Assembly (NCBI GenBank): GCA_910586675.1
Contig: CAJUJO010000001.1
Location: 6,377 to 70,376 of the forward strand
From: an uncultured Christensenellaceae bacterium
Lineage (GTDB): Bacteria > Bacillota > Clostridia > Christensenellales > Borkfalkiaceae
Direction: 5' to 3'
Length of the DNA stretch: 64,000 nt
The notes under the pieces were generated by a model, which was not told the DNA's origin, searched no databases, and worked only from the letters and a program-made list of their open reading frames with translations. Position numbers and translations under genes: made by a program. Position 1 is the stretch's first letter, and the number at the start of each line of letters is the position of its first letter. Positions 34,683 through 43,616 of this stretch are shown here, one piece after another.

Positions 34683-35253
34683 GGGCGCTAAATTCATCAC
34701 TTCGGCAGCGCGGGAGGAACAGTTTCTCCGCCCCGAAAAGCCCATGATCGCCGTGTGCGGAAAGTCCAACGCGGGCAAGAGCACGCTCATCAACATGCTC
34801 GCGGGGCAAAAGCGCCTGGCGAAGACGAGCGCGGAGCCGGGCAGGACGCGCCTCGTCAACTATTTCGATTTCGGGCAGTTCTGGCTCGCCGACTTGCCCG
34901 GGTACGGCTACGCCGCCGTGTCCCGTGCGGAAAAAGAAAAATGGGCAAAGACGCTCGACAGCTTTTTTGCGCGCAAAGAGGACGTCGCGCACGTGTTCGT
35001 TTTGAGCGACATCCGCCGCGACCCTTCGGAGGACGATATGCAGATGCTGGAATATCTCAGCTATCATATCATTCCCTTTACCGTGATTGCGACCAAGAGC
35101 GACAAGCTCTCCCGCATGAAGGCGAAGGAACGAATGCGAAAAGTCGCGCAGGGGTTCGGGCTGGGAACGGATAACGTGATCGCCGTATCGGGAACGACGG
35201 GCGAAGGAAAAGAAGAGCTGTTGAAAAAAATAGGGGAATTTCTCGGTTTATGA
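34672..35253 (+). CDS. engB: ribosome biogenesis GTPase EngB/YsxC
   Basis: 193 aa with G1 GKSNAGKST and G3 DLPGYG. Overlaps lon by 11 nt, the classic lon-engB pairing. Confidence 0.9.
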   Translation: MVIKGAKFITSAAREEQFLRPEKPMIAVCGKSNAGKSTLINMLAGQKRLAKTSAEPGRTRLVNYFDFGQFWLADLPGYGYAAVSRAEKEKWAKTLDSFFARKEDVAHVFVLSDIRRDPSEDDMQMLEYLSYHIIPFTVIATKSDKLSRMKAKERMRKVAQGFGLGTDNVIAVSGTTGEGKEELLKKIGEFLGL

Positions 35254-35264
35254 TCGAGATAAAA

Positions 35265-35297
35265 GAACGCCCGCGCGACTTGCGCAGGCGTTCTTTT
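35265..35297 (+). terminator. rho-independent terminator after engB
   Basis: GAACGCC...GGCGTTC outer stem with an inner GCGC/GCGC stem, followed by TTTT. Confidence 0.65.
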
Positions 35298-35338
35298 ATA
35301 AAAAATTATTTCCGTTTTTGTGAGCGGCATAAAATAAG

Positions 35339-36274
35339 TTGACTTTTTTGCGGGAATGCGGGAAAATAAAGGGCGTCGGAAAAGCACAAATAGATTTACG
35401 GACGGAAAACGTTTTGGATTATCTTGCAATCATCGTCATCACATTCATATCGGGGGTCGTCGGAACGGGCTTGGGCGGCGTCATCGGCGCGGTGCTCAAA
35501 CGCGACTCCAATAAAATCGTAAGCCTTCTGCTGTCGTTTGCGGCGGGGATCATGCTCGCCGTCGTCTGCTTCGATTTAATGAGCGAGCCCGTCCGGATGA
35601 TGGAAGAAGGCAGGCTGCCCGCGTATACGCCGCTTATCGTGGCAATCGCGGTCGCCGTCGGGTACGGGCTGGTCTTTTTGCTCAATTACTTTATTGACAA
35701 ACGCACCAATCACGAGGTGGAGCATATCGACGAAAACCACCCCGCCACCGCCGACGATTTGGACGAGCTCATTCACGCCGACCATTACAGGAAGCACGAA
35801 CAGGCGAGGTCAAAGCTGTTTGTCGCCGGTCTGGTCATGATGGCGGCGATTGCGCTCCATAACCTGCCCGAAGGCATGGTGATCGGTGCATCGTACGCCG
35901 CGGAAGATAATTTGGTGCAAACGCTGTTTGCCTCTTCCGGTTTTATCATGGCAATCGTCATCGGGCTCCATAACATACCGGAAGGAATGGCGGTCTCCGT
36001 TCCGCTCATCTCGGGCGGAATGAAAAAGGGCAGGGCAATCGCCCTCACCGCCCTGAGCGGCGCGCCCACGGTGCTCGGCGCTTTGATCGGGTATGCGCTC
36101 GGCGGGATCAGCGATATTATGCTCGTTCTGTCTTTGGGGTTTGCGAGCGGCGCAATGCTCTACGTCGTATTCGGCGAGCTTCTTCCCGAGGCCATTCTCA
36201 TGTGGAAGAGCAAGCTCCCCGCATTCTCTCTCTTTATCGGCGTTTTGGCGGGATTCCTGCTCGTGATGTTTTAA
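35339..36274 (+). CDS. zupT: ZIP-family divalent metal transporter (ZupT-like); start uncertain
   Basis: GLHNIPEGMAV and LHNLPEGMVIG motifs and eight predicted TM helices. The coordinates are the longest ORF (TTG start). The real start is probably internal (for example TTG at 35414), because 35339-35344 also reads as a -35 box TTGACT. Confidence 0.8.
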   Translation: MTFLRECGKIKGVGKAQIDLRTENVLDYLAIIVITFISGVVGTGLGGVIGAVLKRDSNKIVSLLLSFAAGIMLAVVCFDLMSEPVRMMEEGRLPAYTPLIVAIAVAVGYGLVFLLNYFIDKRTNHEVEHIDENHPATADDLDELIHADHYRKHEQARSKLFVAGLVMMAAIALHNLPEGMVIGASYAAEDNLVQTLFASSGFIMAIVIGLHNIPEGMAVSVPLISGGMKKGRAIALTALSGAPTVLGALIGYALGGISDIMLVLSLGFASGAMLYVVFGELLPEAILMWKSKLPAFSLFIGVLAGFLLVMF

Positions 36275-36281
36275 TTTCAAT

Positions 36282-36316
36282 AAAAAATCCGTCCGTTTTC
36301 AACGGACGGATTTTTT
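36282..36316. terminator. bidirectional rho-independent terminator
   Basis: AAAAAATCCGTCCGTT-TTCA-AACGGACGGATTTTTT between convergent genes. Confidence 0.75.
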
Positions 36317-36328
36317 GTTTCCGGTTCG

Positions 36329-37018
36329 TTATTTATAATTTTTTAACAATTCTTCTTTTTTGTCGTCAAATTCTTGTTCCGTGATCAGCCCCGAATTTCG
36401 CAAATCCTGCAATTCTTTTATTTTATCCGACAATAACGCATTTTCCGTTTGACGGGTTTCTTTCGTACTCTTTTCTTTGAAGAGGGTAATATCTTCCATG
36501 GATATTTTACCTGCCGCCAGATTTTTCAGCGCCAGTGAAAAAATCAAGAATGCAACGGAAAATATTACATTGCCGATTACGAACAAATAGAAGCCCGCTT
36601 CCGTTTGCGTTTCGAGATAGGAGAAATCTTGTTCCGGAATTTCATAAAAGACGCATGCGACGGCTATGAATATTATGGAAATCAATACAAAGATAATCGA
36701 TAAAATCGGATAGACGGAATATTTTTTCGCCCTCTCGCGCCAGTCGGGCTTTGCAAGCGACGATACGCAAAACATGCACAGCATTAGCGCCGCCGCCCAA
36801 AACAAGAGGAAAATGATTGAAAACAGGGGCGATAGCTTGAATATTCCGACCGTCTGTTTGAATTCGTCGATTACGGTCGGATTATAGCTGCAAAAGGGGC
36901 ATAAAAAGGATATGATAGAGAGTAACATACCGAAAATCATTACATAAAACAATATCCCTGTTCGGCTTTTATAGCCAATTAAAATAGCCATTTCTTTTCG
37001 ATTGTTTTCTTTTTCCAT
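36329..37018 (-). CDS. multi-TM membrane protein with a C-terminal SHOCT domain
   Basis: 229 aa from MEKENN.. (AAGGAG 7 nt upstream). About five TM helices, then ..LQDLRNSGLITEQEFDDKKEELLKNY (SHOCT pattern). G+C is markedly lower than in the flanks, by eye. Confidence 0.75.
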   Translation of the reverse strand: MEKENNRKEMAILIGYKSRTGILFYVMIFGMLLSIISFLCPFCSYNPTVIDEFKQTVGIFKLSPLFSIIFLLFWAAALMLCMFCVSSLAKPDWRERAKKYSVYPILSIIFVLISIIFIAVACVFYEIPEQDFSYLETQTEAGFYLFVIGNVIFSVAFLIFSLALKNLAAGKISMEDITLFKEKSTKETRQTENALLSDKIKELQDLRNSGLITEQEFDDKKEELLKNYK

Positions 37019-37039
37019 ACTAAATCTCCTTCGCATTAT

Positions 37040-37055
37040 TATCCCCAAGGGGATA
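37040..37055. promoter_or_regulatory. inverted repeat in the divergent promoter region, candidate operator of the adjacent XRE regulator
   Basis: TATCCCC-AA-GGGGATA (7-bp arms) lying between the SHOCT gene start (37018) and the HTH gene start (37111). An extended -10, TGcTAATAT, lies just downstream. Confidence 0.35.
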
Positions 37056-37110
37056 TTTTCTTTATTTTACTCCCATGGTGCTAATATGTCAAGTATATCG
37101 GGAGAAAAAT

Positions 37111-37320
37111 ATGAAAATAATTTTTACGGAACGGCTGAAAGAGCTCATGGAGGAGCACGGGCTCAATCAGGTGCGCCTTGCGGAAAAGGCGGGAGTGAAA
37201 CAAAACACGATCAGCTCTTGGCTGTGCGGCAAGAAAGAGCCGAGCATCACTTCACTGTGGCTGCTCGCCGATTTTTTTAACGTAGAGATTGATTATCTCG
37301 TCGGCAGAAAAGAATATTAA
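37111..37320 (+). CDS. XRE-family helix-turn-helix transcriptional regulator
   Basis: 69 aa from MKIIFTERLKELMEEHGLNQVRLAEKAGVKQNTISSWLCGKKEPS.. (GGGAGA RBS). Typical Cro/C1 HTH. Confidence 0.85.
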   Translation: MKIIFTERLKELMEEHGLNQVRLAEKAGVKQNTISSWLCGKKEPSITSLWLLADFFNVEIDYLVGRKEY

Positions 37321-37373
37321 AATCGGTTTTTATAACGGGATGCAAAAAATCTTTCCTTATAAATCAAAAACGC

Positions 37374-37402
37374 TTGCCAATGTTTCCGTAATATGGTAAA
37401 AT
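37374..37402 (+). promoter_or_regulatory. sigma-70-like promoter (extended -10) for rpsB-tsf
   Basis: TTGCCA (37374-37379), 17 nt, TGgTAAAAT (-10 at 37397-37402). The leader is about 105 nt. Confidence 0.55.
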
Positions 37403-37512
37403 ACCATCGCTGTAAATACGCACCCTTTGCGTGCCGCCCTCCGTGTCCGTAAATTTTTCATGCGGATAACGGGCGGAACCACACAAACAAGGGGAGGTAA
37501 ACGGAGGAAATT

Positions 37513-38289
37513 ATGGCAGTTATCACTATGAAGCAGCTTCTCGAAGCGGGCGTCCACTTCGGACACCAGACGAGAAAATGGAACCCCAAGATGAAGAAGT
37601 ACATCTTCGCGGCGCGCCACGACATTCACATCATCGACCTCGAACTGACGGCGAAGCTCATCGAAGAAGCGTACACGTTCATCGTGGAGCAGGTGAAGGC
37701 AGGCAAGAGCGTGCTCTTCGTCGGCACCAAGAAGCAGGCGCAGGACGCCATCAAGGAAGAGGCGGAGCGCTGCGGTCAGTACTACGTCAACTCCCGTTGG
37801 CTGGGCGGATGCCTTACCAACTTCAAGACCATTCGCGGCAGGATCGACTATCTCGAAAAGCTGGAAAGAATGGAACAGAGCGGCGAGTTCGAGCTTCTTC
37901 CCAAAAAGGAAGTCATCGGGCTGAAAAAGGAAATGGACAAGTTGCAGGAAAACCTCGGCGGCATCAAGAACATGCGCGGCATGCCCGGCGTGATGTTCGT
38001 CGTCGACCCGCATAACGAGGATATCGCGGTCGCCGAAGCGCGCAAGCTGAACATTCCCATCGTCGCAATCACCGATACCAACTGCGATCCCGACCTCATC
38101 GACTACGTGATTCCCGGCAACGACGACGCTATCCGCGCCATCAAGCTCATTTCTTCGGTCATCGCAAACGCGGTCATCGAAGCCAACCAGGGCGAGACGC
38201 CCGTCTATCCCGTTGCGGAAGGGGAAAAGGCGCCCGAGAGCATCGAGGAAGTCGTGGCGGCAGCGGAAGAGAGCGCCGTTTCCGAATAA
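37513..38289 (+). CDS. rpsB: 30S ribosomal protein S2
   Basis: [27 protein letters not shown] is diagnostic. Confidence 0.97.
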   Translation: MAVITMKQLLEAGVHFGHQTRKWNPKMKKYIFAARHDIHIIDLELTAKLIEEAYTFIVEQVKAGKSVLFVGTKKQAQDAIKEEAERCGQYYVNSRWLGGCLTNFKTIRGRIDYLEKLERMEQSGEFELLPKKEVIGLKKEMDKLQENLGGIKNMRGMPGVMFVVDPHNEDIAVAEARKLNIPIVAITDTNCDPDLIDYVIPGNDDAIRAIKLISSVIANAVIEANQGETPVYPVAEGEKAPESIEEVVAAAEESAVSE

Positions 38290-38324
38290 GCGGATAATTC
38301 TTTATAGTTTAAGGAGATAATAAA

Positions 38325-39236
38325 ATGGCATTTACTGCGAAAGACGTTATGACGCTCCGCGAACAGACGGGCGCGGGGATGATGGATTGCAAGCGCGCCC
38401 TTGTCGACGCGGACGGAGATATGGATAAGGCGGCGGATCTGCTGCGCGAGCGCGGAATCGCAAAGGCGGCGAAGAAGGCTTCCCGCATTGCGGCGGAGGG
38501 CATCGTTTGCGCGTACGTTGCAAACGGAACGGGCGTTCTCATCGAAGTCAACTGCGAATCCGACTTCGTTGCCAACGGCGAGAAATTCCACACCGTCGTC
38601 GAGACAATTGCAAAGCACGTTGCGGCGCACAAGCCCGCGAGCGTGGAAGAGCTCCTCGCACAGACGATGGAGGGCGGAAAGACGGTAGAGCTTTACGTTC
38701 AGGAACAGGTTGCGGTCATCGGAGAGAAAATTTCCGTTCGCCGTTTCACCGTATACGAAAGCAAGGGGCTCATCGAAACGTATATCCACATGGGCGGCAC
38801 GCTCGGCGTTATGCTCGATTTCGACTGCCCCGTGAACGAGACGACCAAGGAGCTCGCGCACAATATCGCCCTTCATACGGCGTTTTCCAAGCCTCAATAC
38901 AAGACGGCTGCGGAAGTTTCCGCGGAAACGCTGGAAAAAGAGAAGGAAATTTTGAAAAAGGAAGTCCTCAACGAGGGCAAGCCCGAAGCCATCGCGGAAA
39001 AAATCGTTCTCGGCAAAATCAAAAAGTTCTACGAAGAGAACTGCTTGCTCGATCAGAAGTTCGTAAAGGACGACAAGGTTACTATTTCCCAGCTTATTGC
39101 GGACGCGGCGAAAAAGGCGGGCGCGCCCGTTTCCCTTAAAGCCTTCTGCTTCTACGTGATGGGTCAGGGCTTGGAAAAGAAGAACGAGGATCTGAGCGAG
39201 GAAGTCGCAAAACAAGTGGAATCCATGAAGAAATAA
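38325..39236 (+). CDS. tsf: translation elongation factor Ts
   Basis: An N-terminal UBA-like region (VMTLREQTGAGMMDCKRAL) plus duplicated EF-Ts core domains. Confidence 0.97.
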   Translation: MAFTAKDVMTLREQTGAGMMDCKRALVDADGDMDKAADLLRERGIAKAAKKASRIAAEGIVCAYVANGTGVLIEVNCESDFVANGEKFHTVVETIAKHVAAHKPASVEELLAQTMEGGKTVELYVQEQVAVIGEKISVRRFTVYESKGLIETYIHMGGTLGVMLDFDCPVNETTKELAHNIALHTAFSKPQYKTAAEVSAETLEKEKEILKKEVLNEGKPEAIAEKIVLGKIKKFYEENCLLDQKFVKDDKVTISQLIADAAKKAGAPVSLKAFCFYVMGQGLEKKNEDLSEEVAKQVESMKK

Positions 39237-39256
39237 TTTCGATTATGTTTTTACGA

Positions 39257-39290
39257 AAGACTTCTCCTGAAATAAGGGAAGTCTTTTTTT
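39257..39290 (+). terminator. rho-independent terminator after tsf
   Basis: AGACTTCTCC-loop-GGGAAGTCT followed by TTTTTTT. Confidence 0.7.
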
Positions 39291-39402
39291 ATCCCGCGCG
39301 ATTCCGCGAATTTTTTGTAAAATTTTCCTTTCTTTTTATATTTTTTCGTGCTTTTTTTCCGCGGGTATGGTATACTGTTAAAAACGGTATAAGGAGAGAG
39401 CT

Positions 39403-40110
39403 ATGCAGCCGAAATACAAACGGATTCTGCTCAAACTTTCGGGCGAAGCGCTCGCGGGGGATAAGCGGTTCGGGCTGGACAGCGACGTCATATCCATGGT
39501 CGTCGATCAGCTCGTGCAGGTGCATGAAATGGGCGTGGAGATTGCGCTCGTCATCGGCGGAGGCAACTTCTGGCGGGGCAGGCAGGGGACCAAGATGGAC
39601 CGCACGACCGCCGATCATATGGGCATGCTCGCCACGGTCATGAACTCGCTCGCCATGATGGACGCGATCGAGCAGAAGGGAATTCCCACGCGCGTGCAGA
39701 CGGCGCTCAACATGATCTCCGTCGCCGAGCCGTACGTGCTCAGAAAGGCGCTTCATCACTTTGAAAAGGGGAGAATCGTCATCATGGCGTGCGGCACGGG
39801 CAATCCGTATTGCTCCACCGACACGGCTGCGGCGCAGCGCGCCTGCGAGATCGACGCCGACGTTCTGCTTATGGCGAAGAATATCGATGGAATTTACGAC
39901 AGCGACCCCAATACCAATCCGAACGCCAAGAAGTTTGAAAAGCTCACCTTCGGCGACATCGTAAACAAGGGGTTAAAGGCTATGGACGCGACGGCGGCGA
40001 CCATGTGCATGGAAAACGACGTACCCGTGCTCGCGTTCGCGCTCAATGAAAAAAATTCTATTATCCGCGCCGTGTGCGGCGAAAATTTAGGCACGCTTAT
40101 ATCCAACTGA
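39403..40110 (+). CDS. pyrH: UMP kinase
   Basis: 235 aa with ILLKLSGEAL and the GGGNFWRG motif. Confidence 0.95.
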   Translation: MQPKYKRILLKLSGEALAGDKRFGLDSDVISMVVDQLVQVHEMGVEIALVIGGGNFWRGRQGTKMDRTTADHMGMLATVMNSLAMMDAIEQKGIPTRVQTALNMISVAEPYVLRKALHHFEKGRIVIMACGTGNPYCSTDTAAAQRACEIDADVLLMAKNIDGIYDSDPNTNPNAKKFEKLTFGDIVNKGLKAMDATAATMCMENDVPVLAFALNEKNSIIRAVCGENLGTLISN

Positions 40111-40124
40111 AAAGGAGAAAAATC

Positions 40125-40697
40125 ATGATTGAGAACGAGAAAGTTGAAGAATTGTTTTTAGCGCTGGAAGACAAGCTGGAAAAGACGGTGAGCGTCCTTG
40201 CGGACGAATACGCCACCATTCGCGCGGGACGCGCTAATCCGCACGTGCTCGATAAATTGCAGGTGGAAGCGTACGGCGGAATGAGCCCTTTGAACCAGCT
40301 TGGCAACGTGTCCGCAGCAGACGCGCGCTGTCTCGTCGTCAGCCCGTGGGATAAATCGCTGCTCAAATCCATCGAAAAGGCCATTCAACAGTCCAATTTG
40401 GGGCTGAATCCCACCAACGACGGCAACGTCATCCGCCTCGTCTTTCCCGAACTTACCGAAGAGCGCAGAAAGGAGCTCGTCAAACAGGTGAAGAAGATGG
40501 GAGAGGATTCCAAGGTCGCTGCGCGCAACGTGCGCAAGGAAGCGATGGACGGCTTGAAGAAGATGAAGGCGAATAAGGAGCTCTCCGAAGACGAGCACGC
40601 GGGGCTGGAAACGGACGTGGAAAAAAAGATTTCCTCCGCGATTGAAGAGATCGAAAGATGCGTCGCGCAGAAAGAGAAGGAGCTGATGACCGTCTGA
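40125..40697 (+). CDS. frr: ribosome recycling factor
   Basis: 190 aa from MIENEK.. (AAAGGAGAAA RBS), with RAGRANPHVLD and LNP..DG..IRL motifs. Confidence 0.95.
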   Translation: MIENEKVEELFLALEDKLEKTVSVLADEYATIRAGRANPHVLDKLQVEAYGGMSPLNQLGNVSAADARCLVVSPWDKSLLKSIEKAIQQSNLGLNPTNDGNVIRLVFPELTEERRKELVKQVKKMGEDSKVAARNVRKEAMDGLKKMKANKELSEDEHAGLETDVEKKISSAIEEIERCVAQKEKELMTV

Positions 40698-41401
40698 TGA
40701 AGTCGGAACAGGGGCAACTCCCCAAGCACGTCGCAATTATCATGGACGGAAACGGACGCTGGGCGAAAAAGCGACTCTTGCCGCGCAGCGCGGGGCACCG
40801 CGCAGGATTAAAGCGTATGATTTCCCTTTCGGAACACATATTCCGCAGGGGAATCCCGTATGTTACTCTGTATGCGCTATCCGCGGAAAATCTTAACCGT
40901 CCGCAAGAGGAGCTCGACGCGCTCTTTTCCCTCTTCCGCGAATACTTTACGCAGAACGCGGAAACGCTGCGGAAAAAGGGGATACGGCTCAACGTAATCG
41001 GCGATACGGCGCTCCTTCCCGCGGACGTAACCGAGATGATCGCTGCGGGAATCGAAAAGACGGCGGAAGGGAAGGCGGGCGTTTTAACGCTTGCCATCGG
41101 TTACGGTTCCCGACAGGAAATCGTAAGCGCCGTAAACGAAGCGGTGCGGGCGGGGAAGCCGGTTACGGCGGAAGAGTTTTCCCTTCTGCTCGGAACGGGC
41201 GGCATGCCCGATCCCGATCTGCTCATCCGCACGGGCAGGGAGCTCCGCCTTTCCAATTTCCTCTTATGGCAGTCGGCCTATACAGAGCTGTATTTTACCG
41301 ATAAGCTTTTCCCCGATTTTAAGAACGCGGACGCCGATAAAGCCATCCGCAGTTATTTATTGCGCGAACGGAGATACGGCTCCGTCGGAAAAAACGATTA
41401 A
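40697..41401 (+). CDS. uppS: undecaprenyl diphosphate synthase (cis-isoprenyl transferase)
   Basis: HVAIIMDGNGRWA motif. The ATG overlaps the frr TGA by 1 nt. Confidence 0.95.
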   Translation: MKSEQGQLPKHVAIIMDGNGRWAKKRLLPRSAGHRAGLKRMISLSEHIFRRGIPYVTLYALSAENLNRPQEELDALFSLFREYFTQNAETLRKKGIRLNVIGDTALLPADVTEMIAAGIEKTAEGKAGVLTLAIGYGSRQEIVSAVNEAVRAGKPVTAEEFSLLLGTGGMPDPDLLIRTGRELRLSNFLLWQSAYTELYFTDKLFPDFKNADADKAIRSYLLRERRYGSVGKND

Positions 41402-41432
41402 ACCGCCCGTTTGCGGGCTTGTAGGTAGGTAT

Positions 41433-42425
41433 ATGAATAACAACACAGCGGAAGAAAATTCGGAGATAAACGTGTCTCCCGTAAAGCCTCCGCGCGGTTC
41501 CGATCTGAAAAAGCGGACGATCACGGCGGCGGTCTATATCCTCGTGCTCGTTGCCTTTTTCGTCTTAAAAATTACCGTAAATCTCGTATGTTTCGACGCA
41601 CTCGTCCTCGTCTTTTCGGGGCTGGGCACGTATGAAATGCTTCGCGCGTTCCGCGGCAAGCTGCATAAATCGCAGCAGGTCGTCGTCATGGTGTTCGCAC
41701 TTGCGATTATTCTCACGTACGCGGTTACCGACGCGGTTTATACGCAGATTTTCAAAGTTTCCCTCGATCCGACGACGGGGCGCAACTACGCACCGCACAT
41801 AACCTTCGTGGTATTCATCGCGGGGCTTTCCGTTTTGTTCGGACTTTTGGTGTTCGCGCATCAAAACGTAACGTTGGAATCGACGGGCTGCGCGTGCCTT
41901 TGCTATCTCTATCCTTCGGTGTTTCTGCTTGTGCTTTCTTTCTGTAATCACATGCCGGAAAGTTCGGAAATCGCCATTTTGTTCGTGTTCGTCATCTGTC
42001 CGTTTGCCGATACCTTCGCCTTCCTGTTCGGGAAGCTGTTCGGTCGGTACCTTCCCGCGAAGATAGCGCCCTCCATCAGTCCCAACAAGACGGTGATCGG
42101 CTGCTTCGGCGGACTTTTGGGCGGCGCGGTCGGCGCGGTCGTCATCTTCTTCATCTATTACTGGCTGGGTCAATATTTCGAGTTCGGCGCGCTTACGCTC
42201 GATTGGATCAATCTCGTCTTCTATATCGGATTGGGCGTGCTGACCGCAGCGTTTACCGAATTCGGCGACCTCGTGGAGAGCGGCATCAAGCGCAAGCTCG
42301 GCATCAAGGACATGGGGAAGGTGCTTCCCGGACACGGCGGCGTGCTGGATCGGATCGATTCCACGCTGTATGCGAGCCTTATTGTCTGTCTCGTCGTCGT
42401 GGTTAAAATCATGATTACCGGTTAA
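41433..42425 (+). CDS. cdsA: phosphatidate cytidylyltransferase
   Basis: C-terminal signature SGIKRKLGIKDMGKVLPGHGGVLDRIDS and multiple TM helices. Confidence 0.9.
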   Translation: MNNNTAEENSEINVSPVKPPRGSDLKKRTITAAVYILVLVAFFVLKITVNLVCFDALVLVFSGLGTYEMLRAFRGKLHKSQQVVVMVFALAIILTYAVTDAVYTQIFKVSLDPTTGRNYAPHITFVVFIAGLSVLFGLLVFAHQNVTLESTGCACLCYLYPSVFLLVLSFCNHMPESSEIAILFVFVICPFADTFAFLFGKLFGRYLPAKIAPSISPNKTVIGCFGGLLGGAVGAVVIFFIYYWLGQYFEFGALTLDWINLVFYIGLGVLTAAFTEFGDLVESGIKRKLGIKDMGKVLPGHGGVLDRIDSTLYASLIVCLVVVVKIMITG

Positions 42426-42485
42426 AGGACATATAATACTATCGATTACGTCCGCATATGCGGACGTTTTTTATCCGAGGCTTTT

Positions 42486-43616
42486 ATGGTAAACATTGCA
42501 CTCATCGGCTGTACGGGCAGCATTGGTCGGCAGGCCTGCGAAATCGTCCGCCGCTATCCCGAACGGTTCCGCTTTTCCGCGCTCGTCTGCGGAAAAGATA
42601 AGCGGGCGCTTTCCGCGCTTTGCGCGGAGTTCCGCCCCGATTTTGCCGCTCTTGCAAGCGGGGAAGAAATTCCCGGGCTCTCGCAAGGCACGCGGCAGTT
42701 GAAGGGGGAAGAAATTTTAAGCCGCGTTTTTGAAGGCTGCGGCGTCGCTATGATCGCAGCGGGCGGGTTTGCGGGGCTTTCCTATACGCTTCGCGCGGTG
42801 GAAGAGGGGAAACGAATTGCGCTCGCGAACAAAGAATCGCTCGTGTGCGGCGGGGAACTCGTCATGCGCGCCGCCGAAGAGAAGGGGATAGATCTTGTGC
42901 CCGTGGACAGCGAGCATTCGGCTATTTTTCAGGCGCTTTCCTTCCGTCGCGATACGCCTTTTAAGCGGCTCGTGCTCACGGCGAGCGGAGGACCTTTCCG
43001 CAATTTCACCGAAAAGGAGCTTGCGAACGTTACCGCGGCGGACGCTCTCAAACATCCCACGTGGAATATGGGCGCGAAAATCACGGTAGACAGCGCCACC
43101 CTCCTGAACAAGGGGTACGAGGTGATCGAAGCAAAGTGGCTGTATCATACGGAGTTCGATAAAATACAGGCGGTCGTGCACCCCGAAAGCATCGTGCATT
43201 CCCTCGTGTATTTCGAGGACGGCGCGGCAATCGCGCAGATGGGGTATCCCGATATGAAACTTCCTATTCAGCTTGCGCTTACCTATCCGCAGCGTTTGCC
43301 CTGCTGCCGGCAATTGGATTTGGAAAAAATCGGAACGCTTCGGTTCGAGCGCCTGCAAGAAGAAAAGTTTCCCTGCTATGCGTTGGCGCTCGCGGCGGGA
43401 AGAAGCGGGGGTACGGCGCCGACGGTGCTCAACGGCGCGGCGGAAGAAGCCGTCCGCGCATTTTTGCGGGGGGGAATATCTTTCCCAGCAATCGCAGAAA
43501 CTATCGGGGAGGTTTTAAGCCGTATCCCGCGCGAAGAAGCGGAGAGCTTGGAAGTCCTGCAACGGGCGGACGACTTAGCGCGGAAAACGGCTGCGGAAAT
43601 CATCTATGTTAAATAA
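42486..43616 (+). CDS. dxr: 1-deoxy-D-xylulose 5-phosphate reductoisomerase
   Basis: 376 aa with GCTGSIG, ANKESLV and DSEHSAIFQ motifs. Confidence 0.95.
   Translation: MVNIALIGCTGSIGRQACEIVRRYPERFRFSALVCGKDKRALSALCAEFRPDFAALASGEEIPGLSQGTRQLKGEEILSRVFEGCGVAMIAAGGFAGLSYTLRAVEEGKRIALANKESLVCGGELVMRAAEEKGIDLVPVDSEHSAIFQALSFRRDTPFKRLVLTASGGPFRNFTEKELANVTAADALKHPTWNMGAKITVDSATLLNKGYEVIEAKWLYHTEFDKIQAVVHPESIVHSLVYFEDGAAIAQMGYPDMKLPIQLALTYPQRLPCCRQLDLEKIGTLRFERLQEEKFPCYALALAAGRSGGTAPTVLNGAAEEAVRAFLRGGISFPAIAETIGEVLSRIPREEAESLEVLQRADDLARKTAAEIIYVK

Noticed and set aside
38205-39215. 336-aa minus-strand ORF antisense to tsf.
   Set aside because: EF-Ts on the plus strand is unambiguous, and the antisense product has no recognisable features.
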